Source: Octopus vulgaris (taxonomy: Eukaryota). From it: 64,000 bases of DNA. The stretch spans positions 27,342,001 through 27,406,000 of the forward strand of contig OX597833.1 of the NCBI GenBank assembly GCA_951406725.2, read 5' to 3'. Below, one piece after another: positions 21,405-35,721 of this stretch; position 1 is the stretch's first letter; each line of letters opens with the position of its first letter. Position numbers and translations under genes: made by a program. The notes beneath the pieces are model-generated. The model made no database searches. It was not told the DNA's origin and saw only the letters and a list, made by a program, of their open reading frames with translations.

Positions 21405-21713
21405 TGCTGAGACCCCTTTCGGTCATGACTGACCATGGCACAAGTCAGGGCGATGATGTTTATGGAAGACCAGCAGTCGCCCATGCATACCGGCCTTCCT
21501 TCTCCTCGCCACCAGTGTTATCCAAGGGAGAGGCAAAGGCCGATACAGCTTGGCACATGTGACGTCGCAGCTCATTTCTACAGCTGAGTGAACTGGGGCA
21601 ACGTGAAATAAAGTGTCTTGCTCAAGAACACAACACGCAGCCCGGTCTGGGATTCGAACTCACAACCTCACTATTGTAAGCTCGACGCTCTAACCTTTGA
21701 GCCATGCGCCTTC
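21405..21713 (-). mobile_element. tRNA-derived SINE, family C
   Basis: Minus strand GGCGCATGGCTCAAAGGTTAGAGCG...GAGTTCGAATCCC...GTTCTTGAGCAAGACACTT; A and B boxes plus CORE/V-like domain. Confidence 0.8.
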
Positions 21714-21725
21714 ACATTTATATAC

Positions 21726-21769
<44 letters not shown>

Positions 21770-21810
21770 GTGTGCGTGTGTGTGTATTTATATATGTATG
21801 TATATGTATG

Positions 21811-21882
<72 letters not shown>

Positions 21883-21897
21883 TTTTTAATTCACGTT

Positions 21898-21936
<39 letters not shown>

Positions 21937-22005
21937 CACAGACAAATAGACAGACAGACGCACAGACAGACACACAGACAAGCAGACAAACCGACAGACA
22001 GACAT

Positions 22006-22090
<85 letters not shown>

Positions 22091-22256
22091 CAGGTAAGCT
22101 TTAAGTTCGTTCGAGGGAAACGTTTTGGAATATGCATATAAAAGCTCCTATTTTCTGTTGTCGTCTTTTCCTTAATGATACCAACTTGGAATAGTAATTT
22201 TATGGGGTTGAACCGATAAAATGTAGGATAAATATAGTAATGATAATAATAATCCA

Positions 22257-22384
22257 TGGATGGAATTTATAAATATTGTAATGCATCACTACGCGCGTTT
22301 CCATAGATCACGTCTCTTTTAAGAGACATACCACTTGCGGAAACGCGCGTAGCGCTGCGTTAATATGTTCATAAATGCCATCCA
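22257..22384. repeat. imperfect palindromic (MITE-like) element; half copy at about 13245-13310
   Basis: GGATGGAATTTAT...CTACGCGCGTTTCC pairs with GGAAACGCGCGTAG...ATAAATGCCATCC. Confidence 0.7.
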
Positions 22385-22414
22385 ATATTATGATTATTAT
22401 CATTATTATTATTA

Positions 22415-22516
<102 letters not shown>

Positions 22517-22580
22517 TTATTACTATTATTATTATTAGTATTAATGTATGTATATATATACATATATGTATTACTGTATG

Positions 22581-22641
<61 letters not shown>

Positions 22642-22643
<2 letters not shown>

Positions 22644-22855
22644 TTAATCCAAAATTGGAAACACAAAGAGAAAACACAACAACGCGAAGACGTGGAACAA
22701 ATATAGTATTATTGGACGCTTAGGAAGGAAGGAAAGAATGAGGGTTTAACGTTTCGAGCGGAGCTCTTCGTCGGAAGCATAGGAGAAGGAAAGATCCAGA
22801 GAAGGGATGACTGAGGAAAAAAAAATCACCAACGGTACACACACGGTCACACATT
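22642..22855 (-). mobile_element. second copy of the minimal-hammerhead element; HHR at 22744-22778 with CCGACGA core variant
   Basis: Colinear with 14517-14720. Confidence 0.75.
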
Positions 22856-22871
22856 CATATGTATATATATG

Positions 22872-22902
<31 letters not shown>

Positions 22903-22918
22903 CATATGTATATATATG

Positions 22919-22994
<76 letters not shown>

Positions 22995-23413
22995 CATACA
23001 TACATACATGCGCTAATATGTATGTGTAGGAATAGTTATATTAACTATTCCGATTACTGGATGCACAGAACTATTTTGTACTGAACGTAGAATAATATAT
23101 TTATTCATTAAAGCTGAAAACTTTAAGATTACAATTCAAAAGAGTTTCATCTGGTGAAGCATCAGATTGCAATGGAATGTTCTTGATAAATATTGCATAT
23201 GACTTGAAGAGGAGCGGATGATAGAATAACACGTACGGAATGGAGTCGGAGTAAAAGAAAATACGCAATGCGACGAAACTAGAAAGAAGCATTGAGTAAA
23301 TAATGGTGTCGCTGATTTAAACCTGTGGTTCTCAACCGGGGTCCATATAAGATTTTGTCAAAATTTACGTGAAATATATTGGCTATAGTTCTACAATGTA
23401 TGTGTGTGTATGA

Positions 23414-23465
<52 letters not shown>

Positions 23466-23466
<1 letters not shown>

Positions 23467-23662
23467 CAGTTGGATAGTGTGTCAATTCACTATAGCTGTT
23501 TTAACGAATTTTCAGTTGATTAATGGGGACATTACATGATTAAACAAAATGTTTTCATCAGGTAAATACATGAACCACAACGTTTAGGAACATCCAAAGG
23601 TCAACAGCATATGCACCTTCATGATTCTACGAGCCTTGCTGATTGACACATTATCCACCTGT
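23466..23662. mobile_element. small TA-flanked MITE
   Basis: TIRs ACAGTTGGATAGTGTGTCAAT / ATTGACACATTATCCACCTGT (2 mismatches), TA on each side. Confidence 0.65.
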
Positions 23663-23966
23663 TATGAATTAATTTATTCCTAATTCACCTCCCTCAGAAC
23701 CATCGCCTCGAGTGATCCGAAGTATATTATGGGCCGTATATTTAAAACAATGCGCGTTTCTTGATTAGCCCAAGGGCTAGTGATATACTCAGTCGGGTTC
23801 AATTAATCGTATACATAACCTGAATATCTTTATGCCTGCTCTTCGTTACCTGTATATGTATTTGTCTATGTTTGTTGTGTACGCATTTTAATTTTGACCC
23901 GACCCGGTGCCTTACTATTTAAGTGCCTGGTACACTTGAATCCTAATCCTTTTTATACATATGTAC

Positions 23967-23997
<31 letters not shown>

Positions 23998-24007
23998 AGG
24001 AGACATG

Positions 24008-24045
<38 letters not shown>

Positions 24046-24934
24046 CTTGACTAAATTCTCAGGTGGTAACCTTTTTCTGTGGACAATCAAGGTTATTGTG
24101 AAATTGACAAAGACAACGTCTCTGAAAAGACAATGGTGGTTGCTGTGCGGTGAACCCATAACAAGGAAATGTTGTGGGTGGTGTGAGAAGGCTGCGTTTG
24201 TTAGTTTGTCAAGTGTACCTAATTGACTGAGAACGTGCTCATGTCGGTCTAACTTACGATCTTTTACACAGACGGACATTACAGCGTATGTTATTACCAC
24301 TACTTCTACAACTAATAATAATAATAATAATAATAGTAATAATATTAACAAGAAGGGCAACATCTACACTTTCGCTATTACTATCAACGCTAGTGCAACT
24401 ACCACTGTTTCCACCAGCACTACCCTGTCGTATTGCTTCCACCACAGCCACTCCTACTACCACCATTACCACTGCTTTTATGCTGCTATTAACTAATACT
24501 TGTTCTGCTAATCTTAGAACTGCTCCTAGTTATGTACTAACTCACACACGTTTGTTTGCGCCTGTTTATGTTTAAGTGTGTGTGAATAGAGAGAAAAGGA
24601 TAAACAGAGAGAGGGAGGGGGAACAGAGAGAAGGTGAAAGATAGATGAAAAGAAAGCTAAAATGATAACTGGATATCGGTACAGATATAGATGTGCATGT
24701 GCGGGCATCATTGTGTGTGTGTGTGTGTGTGTGTATGCCTGTGCGTGTATATGTCTGTGTATATGTGCGTGTGTGTATGTATGCGTGAGAGTCTCTGTGT
24801 GTATATTTCTAATGTGTTGCAATAATGATGTTAAAGTTTCAGACCTGAGAGTCCTCAAATATTATCGAAAACTCTCATCAGCTACAAATTTGGAGCTTCT
24901 CCATGGTCGGTCTACCTGCTAAAAATCTATTCTG

Positions 24935-25307
24935 CAATAAGCACAAGGCCAGAATTTTTATCTTTTTTTTTTCCTTACCATTTTTTGATGGGATGGACAG
25001 TCAATTACTTCAAACCTAGTACTCAACTGATACTTATTTTATCGACCCCCGAAATGATGAAAACAAGGTCGACATCGGCAGAATGTGAACTTAGAACATA
25101 TTAATCCTTTCTATTATAGGTAACAGGTTTGAAATTTCGGGTAAGTCGATTACATCGACCCCAATGTTCAACAGGTACTCATTTTATCAGTACGAAAAGA
25201 TAAAAGGCAAAGTCGACCTCGGCAGAATATGAACTCGGAACTAAGGCAGACGAAATACCGCTATGCATTTTACTTGGCGTGCTAACGATTCTGCCAGTTC
25301 ACCCCCT
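24935..25307 (-). mobile_element. two adjacent SINE family A copies
   Basis: Two successive reverse-complement cores. Confidence 0.78.
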
Positions 25308-25576
25308 TACACACCACACAACTAAATAATACAATTAAATAACGTATGTCTGTGTGCGCGCGCCATAAGGTTTGCAAATCTAACGGAGGCCTCAAAAGAC
25401 ATTTTAAGACCCACAAAGATTAGAACTTAGCTGCAGCTCTTGGTGGTCCAATCAGATATGCAATCTCTTTGGGCGTCTTTTCAATGCAACGTCTGGTTTA
25501 CAAATCCAACTCAGATGGATCTAAGGTGAAAGTACAAGAGGTGGTCAAAGTATGCATGAGGAGTAGACAGCCATCA

Positions 25577-26862
25577 TGTATGTATGTATGTATGTATGTA
25601 TGTATGTATGTATGTATGTATGTATGTATGCATGTATGTATGTATGTATGTATGTATGTATATATGTATATATGTATGTATGTATGTATATATGTATGTA
25701 TGCATGTATGTATGTATGTATGTATGTGTGTATGTATGCGTGTATTATGTATGTGTGTATGTATGTGTATGTATGTATGTGTGTGTGTGTGTATGTATGT
25801 GTGTATGTATGTATGTATGCATGTATATGTGTGTGTATGTGTGTGCATGTGCATGTATGTATGTGTGTGTGTATGTATGTGTGTATATATGTATGTATGT
25901 GTATGTGTGTGTGTGTGTGTGTATGTGTGTATGTATTCATGTATGTATGTGTATGTGTGTATGTATGTATGGTATGTATGTGTGTATGTATGTATGTGTG
26001 TATGTATGTGTGTATGTATGTATGTGTGTATGTATGTGTATGTATGTATGTGTATGTGTGTATGTATGTATGTATGTATGTATGTGTATGTATATATGTA
26101 TGTGTATGTATGTGTGTGTATGTATGTGTGTATGTATGTATGTGTGTATGTATGTGTATGTATGTATGTGTATGTGTGTATGTATGTATGTGTGTATGTA
26201 TGTGTATGTATGTATGTGTGTATGTGTGTATGTATGTATGTATGTGTGTATGTATGTATGTGTGTATGTATGTGTATGTATGTATGTATGTGTATGTGTG
26301 TATGTATGTATGTGTGTATGTGTGTATGTGTGTGTGTGTGTATGTATGTGTATGTATGTATGTGTATGTGTGTATGTATGTATGTATGTATGTATGTATG
26401 TGTATGTATATATGTATGTATGTATGTATGTGTGTATGTATGTGTGTATGTATGTATGTGTGTATGTATGTATGTGTATGTGTGTATGTATGTATGTGTG
26501 TATGTATGTGTATGTATGTATGTGTGTATGTGTGTATGTATGTATGTATGTGTGTATGTATGTATGTGTGTATGTATGTGTATGTATGCATGTATGTGTA
26601 TGTGTGTATGTATGTATGTGTGTATGTGTGTATGTGTGTATGTGTGTATGTATGTGTATGTATGTATGTGTGTGTGTGTGTATGTGTGTGTATGTATGTA
26701 TGTATGTATGTATGTATGTATGTGTATGTGTCTATGTATGTATGTATGTATGCGTGTATGCATGTATGTGTGTATGTATGTATGTATGTGTATGTGTGTA
26801 TGTATGTATGTATGTGTATGTGTGTATGTATGTATGTGTGTATGTATGGGTATGTATGTATG
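25577..26862. repeat. 1.3-kb compound (TATG)n/(TG)n microsatellite
   Basis: Directly visible; produces the spurious 440-465 aa ORFs. Confidence 0.97.
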
Positions 26863-27045
26863 TTGATGCAAACAGGAAAAATAGAACTCAAAATATGATT
26901 ATACAGGTATATTTTCATGAATATTTTTAGCAGAAGCAACAGAGGGACTCAAGGGCTGAGAATTTCGTGCATTGGCACTTATCAAACTCTTGATAAGTGT
27001 CAACGCACGAAATTTTCGGTCATTCAATCATTTTATTGCTTCTGC

Positions 27046-27295
27046 TATGGCTTAGTGGTTAGGGTGCTGCACTCACGATTGCTAAATCGTAGTTTCAATT
27101 CTTAGACTGGGTAGTGCGTTGTATTCTTGAACAAAACACTTCATCTCGCGGTGCTCTGCGATCATGTCGACACCTGACGCATAGCACACCACCGTGCACC
27201 TGTTCGGGCAATGTTGATTTGATGGAGAGAGTGCGCTAATGTGCTGCACGAACATTTGATCACTATAAACAAATTATTTGCGCAGGTCGTTCGGC
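27046..27295 (+). mobile_element. decayed tRNA-derived SINE related to family C
   Basis: TGGCTTAGTGGTTAGG A box, AGTTTCAATTC B-box-like, TTCTTGAACAAAACACTT core. Confidence 0.6.
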
Positions 27296-30200
27296 TTTTT
27301 TTTCTTGCTTTTTTTTTGAAGTTATAGAGGTTTAAAGTTTGATCATTTTTGCCCAGTCAGAAAACAGGATTTGGAAACTGTCAGTTTTTGCGTGACTGCA
27401 TTGCTGCAATAACCCGTGTTTTAATATGAAACTGTAAACAAATGAGATAATGGCGGGATTTTGTTTTATGCACTCCTTATAACCCCTCATAACATTTTTA
27501 CTTTTTGGCATTTTCAGAAAATTTTTACAACTTATTCATACGATTATACAAAAACCAAAACAAAAATGTTGGCGCGTGATTTAAGGCATACTTAGCTGTT
27601 ATTTTTAGCACATCTCACGATCATCTCATACCTGTTATGTTTTAAGCATTCAATAAGCGACAAAAGAACACTTGGTAAGCAGCTCGGTAACAGCTTGACT
27701 TGGCTTTTGAGCGGCTAAAATTGCCCAAACTTTGGAAACATTAAAGGCTATTAACTTTTTATTTATTGATTTATGGTGAAAATGAATTTCGTGTCAATAA
27801 TTACCATACAAAACTACATCAACATACCAAATATGAAATTAATTGGAACAAAATTGAAGAAATTGAAAAGTGGCGGAAAAAGATCCTATATGTGTTTGTG
27901 TGTGTGTATGTGTGCGTGTGTGCGTGTGTACACACACACAATTCTGTGCTAGTAACATACCCACAAGCAGATACAAACAATTGAACATATACGATTAATT
28001 CAAATTCACTCTACTTTTCTTTTCCACTTCATTCTCTCTTCAATCATTGTCTCTGTTTCTTTTTCTCCCTATCCCTCTCTTTCTCTTTCTCTCTTTCTCT
28101 CTCGCTCTCTTTCTCTGTACCCCTCTCTACTTACATTCACGCGTGTACAACACATGTACACACACACACTCACACACAAAGCACAACATACGTACACACA
28201 CGCACACACATACGACCACGCACGCACACACACAAACACAAACACACACACACATACACTGATCTTACATGGCAACTACAAAACGTTTAAGACGAAAGTA
28301 TCCAAAAACATCAGAACTATTCCTGCCTTCCAATTCTGAATATTGAAGGAGAAATAGCGTTTTAAGTTCATTGAAAAATATTTATTACTTTCCTATAACA
28401 TATAAAATAAATTGAAATTAGCCATTCAGCTATGTACTACAAAACTAAACAGACAACTTCCTTAAGAATAAAATAGTAATTGTATGCTTATAGCCTTATC
28501 GCTTCTGAGTGATGACATTACGAATCACCGTTCTGTTCGCGAAGAAGCCGTCTAAAGTTTAAACTGAAGATAAAATACTTTATTAAATTCATTGAAAATA
28601 CTGAAAAAAAAATCAAATTATATCTCTAAATTTGGGAGTATTAAAAGGAAAAGAAAATATGGAAGTGGTAAAGATTGGAATATAAGATTAAAGAGAATGA
28701 ACGGAAATAAGACAAGCACGAGAAATAAATTTTAGAGAAATAAGAATAGGGAAAAAGGAGAACGTGAGACAGAAGAAAGACCAAGAGATTGAAAAAAAAA
28801 AGCAAAGGTTTTTAAGAGCGAAACAGTCTTGCAGAGAAAAATTGCTGAAAGGTATGAACGAATTCAATATCAGAGGACTGCTTTTAAGTTTATTCTATTC
28901 ATGATTATGCGTTTGAAAAAATTTGTATTCCTGGAATCAAAATGCGAAAATGCGTGACAAGAATGTTGCTTAAAAGTAGAACATGAAATTGTTTTTGTTA
29001 TAATGGTGAGGTCCATTTTCCTATAATTGAGCCATCAGAACGTAAAATGGTTCTTTGGAGCACCACTTCGGAATCAAAATGGTTTCTTTAAAATGTTAGA
29101 ACATGCGATTTGCGCCATTTCAAATGACATCAATTGGGGCAAAAAAAAAAATCAGGAAAAATGCGTTTATCGCAACTTTTAAAATGAAGAAAATTATCAC
29201 AAAATTGGCTCCCCTAAGAGTTTACAAAATAAAGAGCTGTAATTTTCCCATGTATATTTTTGGGTAACATTCAAAAAGAATCACAATATCGAAATAAAAA
29301 CTACCAGACTTATTTTTTTAAATGTAAGAACTGTTTCATGAAAACAATTCTTTATGCCATACGGTTTTGGCATGGTTTAGAATGTACTACAACTCTCAGT
29401 TTTCATCCATACCGACATAAAATCAGCCAAAACCTAAGATCGTCCATTTAATCTTTATGAGTGTAATGAAGTATTAATTAATATATTTGGAGATCATAAA
29501 AGCGAGTGTCGTGACAGTAGCATCTAATTCATAAATAAAACTCATCTTTAATAAGTTGATTTATAGTATCCCTTGATTTTTTTTTTTGTTTCCGGGGGAA
29601 AGGGCGATGCTTTTTGAAGGGTTTTGTCAATGAAGATTACTACCACACTCGATACCATAAATAGGTGGAGCTGCTTCTAGATTACAGTATCCTGTATTGA
29701 GTGTTGTGTCTATCGACTGACGACGATTTGAACCAACTCATTTTAACATCTTTTTTCATTGCCAAGATATTTTTCACTTGTATGTTGTTGATATGTCGGC
29801 TAAGATGAAGTCGGAAAGATTGTGCTACAGAGCAACGTAACAAAAAGGACTGCATTCAGAATCCTATATTCATTTACGAGAGAGCATTACAAAAATCGTT
29901 GGAGCAGAGCTAGGACAACTTCTTATTACTTCCATCCAGTTTTACAGAAAACACAAGATATATGCATGTGAGAACACAGGATACCATTACCTACGCATGT
30001 AATTATGAACATCTTGATTTTTTTCGACAGTTTCCTTGCAATTCTAAGTGGAACGAAATCCAATCATAGCTTTTTTCCAGTACAGCTATACATCGACAGA
30101 TACAATCTAATTGCAAAAGATGTTCATCTAGAATGTTTTAAATTTGATAGACCTTATAACTAAGTCACATATATTTCGACATTGCCACAATTATATAAGT

Positions 30201-30582
30201 GAATAGCAAAAAGAGAATCCAGTCTCATGCGCAATTTCTAATCTGACATTTTGCACAACAGTCACAGTAATTAGACTAATTATATAATATCAGAAGAAAT
30301 TGTTCAATCAAACACGATTCAGGATCGTTGTAGTTACCTCCATACCACCACGTTTTATATGAATGACAAGTGTACAAGGCTATAAAATATTATACTATGA
30401 CTGTCATTAAAGAAACACAAATAGCTACGGAGGGATATCCATCATTCTAAAGAAGGACATCACATGATAAAAGTTTTGAGATAAAAACCTATAAAAACGA
30501 ATGTGGTGGTAGTCTTCATTGACAAAACCTTTCAAAAAGCTTGGCTACTCATTTCCCTGTTTTAACTCAAACATTCGATGCA

Positions 30583-30831
30583 AACGTTTATGCAGGCATC
30601 GGTTTGAAATCCGTGGTTGTTGTCTATGCTGTGTCATAGTATGTCTAATAATTTAGCTGTTCGACAAATAGAGATGATTAAACAGCCTGTTTCATTGGGT
30701 GCTTTTAGCGATGTCCACACTGATGCAAGCATTCAGACCAGACTCTGTGTTTGAGACCTTGCAACGGGTCGTGAAAACTGCCTTCCTCGCTCATTAAAAG
30801 GGAATAACTGACAAGCAGAGACAGACAGACA

Positions 30832-30864
<33 letters not shown>

Positions 30865-30878
30865 ACAGGCAGGCAGGC

Positions 30879-30959
<81 letters not shown>

Positions 30960-30960
30960 T
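30583..30960 (+). repeat. local duplicon copy 1 (about 240 bp unique sequence plus GACA/GGCA/GATA tract)
   Basis: Near-identical to 34292-34700 (offset 3709). Confidence 0.9.
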
Positions 30961-30962
30961 AT

Positions 30963-31014
<52 letters not shown>

Positions 31015-31053
31015 GATAGATAGATAGATAGATACGATAAGATAGATAGATAT

Positions 31054-31099
<46 letters not shown>

Positions 31100-31100
<1 letters not shown>

Positions 31101-31400
31101 TGTTTCTTTATTAGCCACACAGGGCTGCACACAGATAGAACAAATTACAAGGTAGAGCTTTTCTTTTGGGGGTAAAAGAAAAAGGAGAGTGGTGGTTTTC
31201 GATCAAAAGGGATCGTAAAAGGAAAGAAAAAGGACAAAAAAAAAGGGGAGGGGTTAAAAAAAGGGGGGGAGAGAAAAAAAATGAATAATAGGGATCGTTA
31301 TCACAGAAATGCCAATATGAAGTGTAAAGGGGAGGACAAGTGAAGTTTACCCGTGGAAAGAAAAGCCTACGGAAAAGAACACGGTAACCTCGGTCAATGA
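31100..31400 (-). mobile_element. probable LINE 3' UTR inserted in (GATA)n
   Basis: Minus strand is pyrimidine-rich and ends AATAAAGAAACA directly before (TATC)n, with GATA tracts on both sides. Clade (possibly Tx1/L1) is inference. Confidence 0.45.
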
Positions 31401-31402
31401 TT

Positions 31403-31589
<187 letters not shown>

Positions 31590-32774
31590 TAGAGTTCTGT
31601 AATTCCATAAAGACAATCAAATATATTTGTAAAAAGGGTTCTGATGCTGTAAAGTTCAATCCGCAGCAACAAACATTCCAGAATGAAGTTACACTATTCC
31701 AGATGTCTATTAGTAGCAATGAAGCTTTATCGAGAATGTTTGGCTTACTTATTCAAACACGATTTCCTCCAATTCAACAACTATCTGTTCTCCGGTAGAA
31801 TAAAAAATGATATATTTCACTACAGAAACTACCCCTCAGTAATATAAAACCTCAAGGAAAACTACTCTAACAGAATTTCTCATACTTTGCCAGAAGTCAT
31901 TTACTTAAACCTGTTCTACCATTGAGTAATGCACTGCTTTACATGAAACAAGGATAAAAATGGAATCGCATAAAAAAAGCACTGAGATCGAAATTTATGA
32001 TGGCTATGCAGATATACAATTTGGCAATGTCTTACAACGTTTATAACGTACATCCGACTCAACGGGAATGCTTTTACTTGTGAAAACGTCATGGTGCCAC
32101 ATATTTTTTCGATCTTCGAATTGTTTGCACATAAGATAAAGATTAATACAGAATAATATGGTTTGATGCAGTTTTTGGCAAGCAGCTAAGTCTGAGGTTT
32201 CCGTGTCTTATGCAGAAAGAAGCTTGAAATACTGTTTGCTGTTATACTTACAAACTGTGATATAGAAAACTCAGTATCAATGTGGTTAAGTACAGAACGA
32301 TCTGGTTCCTGAACTTTAGAATATTGCAAACTCCAACAGGAAAAGAAATGCAGTAAGGTTGTCTACAACGCAGCATTTATTGCTATTGATTACAAGGTTG
32401 TTTCCATAGGAGGAAATTAATTGCCTGAACATTGACTCCCTCATACAATCATTCTAAATCTGGAAGTTTAATAACAGAACTCTTTAAACAGCTTCCTACG
32501 ACCCAGAAAACTTGTCAATACATGTAAGTATGAACTCAAACAGATGCATGAACGAAAGTCATTATATAATGTTGTACTTGAGAGTTCTTTTTTAATCAAA
32601 GACCATTTTTCTTGATGCTCATCATACAGGAACTAGCAAAACATTTGTCACTGTTATTTGTCAAAGTACGATAAAAGGGGAAATAACTGCGGCTGTTTTT
32701 CCTTCTTGTATTGCTGCTTCTTTACTTTTAAGAGTTAAATCAGTCCAATCTATTTTCAAAAATCTAACAATGAC

Positions 32775-33145
32775 ACACTAGCCAGCAATTTTAGATGTGT
32801 AAGTCGATTACGTCGACCCCCAGTGTTCAACTTACTTTATCTTATTTTATCGACCCTGAAATGATGAAAGGCATTTGAACTCGAATCGTTTGAACTCGAA
32901 ATACCTTTAAGCCAACCATGCTAACGGTCCTGCTAGCTCGTCGCCTTATACCAGTTTGTATTATTGGTTTCAACTTTTGGCACAAGGCCAGCAGTTTCAG
33001 GGTTGGGGTAAGTTGAAAACATCGATTCCACTGCCCAACTGGGTCTTACTTTATCAGCTCTGAAAGGATGAAAGGCAAAGTCGACCTTGTCGAACTTGAA
33101 CTCAGATCGTAAAGAGGGACGAAATACTGCTAGGCATTTTGTTCA
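32775..33145 (-). mobile_element. two adjacent decayed SINE family A copies
   Basis: Reverse-complement cores. Confidence 0.72.
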
Positions 33146-33275
33146 AGCACTGCAAATATGGGTGTGTGTACGTGCGTACGTGTGTGCGTGTGTGTGTGTG
33201 CATGTGTCTGTGTGTGTGTGTGTGTGTGAACATACACATACACACACGTACACACACAACACACACACACGCACA

Positions 33276-34060
33276 TGAGGGTTGTCTCAAACGTACTGCA
33301 GAAGTACAGCTTGTTAATTAACTGATAAGTCGTTCAAATTATACGTTGGCAGAGTAATTCTTCCTCTATGCAAAGGCACCATTCAGCATAGTTTCCATTT
33401 CAAGCGATGCATTTGTGCCAACTCTTGAATTTTCTTTGAATAAATTTACATGTGCGCTGATGTATACTTTTCACACTCCTTTTCACTTCGTCTGCATTAT
33501 CAGATCATTGTCTCCAAAGACTGTCCCCTTTTTGGTCAAACAAGTGGAAGCCAGAGGACACAACAACCAAGCTGTATGGTTGATGGGGGACCAGTGACCA
33601 GCCCAGTTTGCTGATAACCTGATTTGTTGCTAAAGATTTGTGTAGTCACTCATCGACATGATGAATGTGGATTGCTTTCAGATCTCTTTTTGTCTCTTTC
33701 TCCAAATGGTTTCTCCAACCTTTTCGAGTTTCTTGATATACCGTGCATTTTCCAGAAGGCTGACAAATTTTCATCTCGAAAAGCAGTCACTATGACTTTC
33801 TGTGCAGCTCGATAGCTCATGAACTTCTTAGGCTTTGGAGAAGAGATATGACGCCGTTCTATGGTCTGAGACTTTGTTTCCAATTCATAAACATACAACC
33901 ATGTTTCATCCTCTTTCAGTAGATCGGGAAAATGATTGGCTTCGAAACCCTTTCAGCAGATCAAAGCAGACTTTTGCCTTTCTCGTGTGCCAACTACGGA
34001 GATATTCATTTCCAACACCAAGTCTTCCACCATCTTCTGAATAAACTGAACTATTACCAT
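33276..34060 (-). pseudogene. decayed mariner transposase
   Basis: Minus-strand W.YVYELETKSQ..E.RHISSPKPKKF...AAQKVIVTAF.D; TIR-like end near 33276. Confidence 0.7.
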
Positions 34061-34291
34061 TGTCCAGTTATGCAGTAAACTCACGGATTGTGACTTGTTT
34101 ACCGCGTGAATCAATTCCTCCGCTCGCAGGTTAGTAGCTTTCTTTTAAGAAATTCTAAACTGGGTATTTTATAAAAAGTTTGGATTGAGAAGATTGTTAC
34201 GATACTACCCTGCCTATCTATACCTCATCTAATTCTCATTCACATTACTTCACCTACCAAAAGAACACACAGGTGTAAACGTGTGTGCGTC

Positions 34292-34525
34292 AACGTTTAT
34301 GCAGGCATCGGTTTGAAATCCGTGGTTGTTGTCTATGCTGTGTCATAGTATGTCTAATAATTTAGCTGTTCGACAAATAGAGATGATTAAACAGCCTGTT
34401 CCCTTGGGTGCTTTTAGCGATGTCCACACTGATGCAAGCATTCAGGCCAGAATCTGTGTTTGAGACCTTGCAACGGGTCGTGAAAACTGCCTTCCTCGCT
34501 CATTAAAAGGGAATAACTGACAAGC

Positions 34526-34584
<59 letters not shown>

Positions 34585-34623
34585 GGCAGGCAGGCAGGCA
34601 GGCAGGCAGACAGGCAGGCAGGC

Positions 34624-34700
<77 letters not shown>
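34292..34700 (+). repeat. local duplicon copy 2
   Basis: Near-identical to 30583-30960. Confidence 0.9.
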
Positions 34701-34702
<2 letters not shown>

Positions 34703-35145
34703 CAAACAGACGGATGGACGACGAACAGACGGATGGATGGCTGGATGGATACATTCACACATACCTACACACATACACAAACAGATATTAATGCATGTAA
34801 GAAGGTAAATCGGTGACACCAGTTCACCTCTTGTGTATCAAACACTCAGCTGTTGCGATGTGATGTTAATCTTCTGACGTATTCATGTATTCAGATTGGC
34901 ACACGTTGAGTTGTGTTTAGTATACTAATAAATAATGCATAACGCAAGTATACAAAATACGTACGCCCACATACACGCACATAAATGTATCAAGATGTGG
35001 AGGGGGTGCAAACAAAACTTGATTTCACATGTTTTTACACGAACACCTGTATTACAAGTAGAAGTGGTGGTGGTGGTGGTGCTGCTGCTGTTGCCGCTGC
35101 TGATAAGTATCATCATTTACAATATTAATCATTTCTATATAAGTA

Positions 35146-35699
35146 TTGGGTTGTCCGGAAAGTTCGTGCCGATTTTTAAAGGAATGTAAAAGGTCAATAA
35201 ATACTTGCCATTACATTTTTAGTCAACCAAATATGAACCATTTTGTTGCACAATGCGTATCCATCTTTCCTTTAACTTGAAAATATCCTTTTCCCAGAAC
35301 TGAGGTGGTTTCATGGCAAATAATTCATCAAGGTATCTTTTTACGTCATCCAAGGAATTGAAATTTTTACCATTAAGACTATTCTGCAGAGACCTGAATA
35401 AGTGGAAATCCGAAGGAGCAGCATCTGGTGAATATGGAGGGTGGGGTAATACATACAAGCCGAGCTGCGGCAATTTTTGTCTGGTTGCCAAAGCATTAAG
35501 TGCCGAAAATGAACTTTCTTATCTTCCATTTTAAAGGGTTACAGAATTAACACAGGTTATAGGAACATAAATCGTCTTCCACGAAAAGATAGCTTAAAAT
35601 GTGCTCTAAATGGAGGTGTAGTCAAATCCTATTTTATGTTCTAAAATAAGTCGAAAGTTAAGCTACTATAAATCGGCACGAACTTTCCGGACAACCCAA
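35146..35699 (-). mobile_element. non-autonomous mariner deletion derivative with perfect about 30-bp TIRs and TA TSD
   Basis: TTGGGTTGTCCGGAAAGTTCGTGCCGATTT / AAATCGGCACGAACTTTCCGGACAACCCAA; peptide LPHPPYSPDAAPSDFHLFRSLQNSL. Confidence 0.93.
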
Positions 35700-35721
35700 T
35701 ACTATATAAGTACATTACCAA

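Noticed and set aside
23140-23172. Possible hammerhead CTGATG...GAAAC on the minus strand
   Set aside because: The core lacks the conserved A of CUGANGA and stems I and II do not pair convincingly.
25469-26939. Five ORFs of 440-465 aa (MYVC/HTYI repeats)
   Set aside because: They are translations of a (TATG/TG)n microsatellite that lacks stop codons; not genes.
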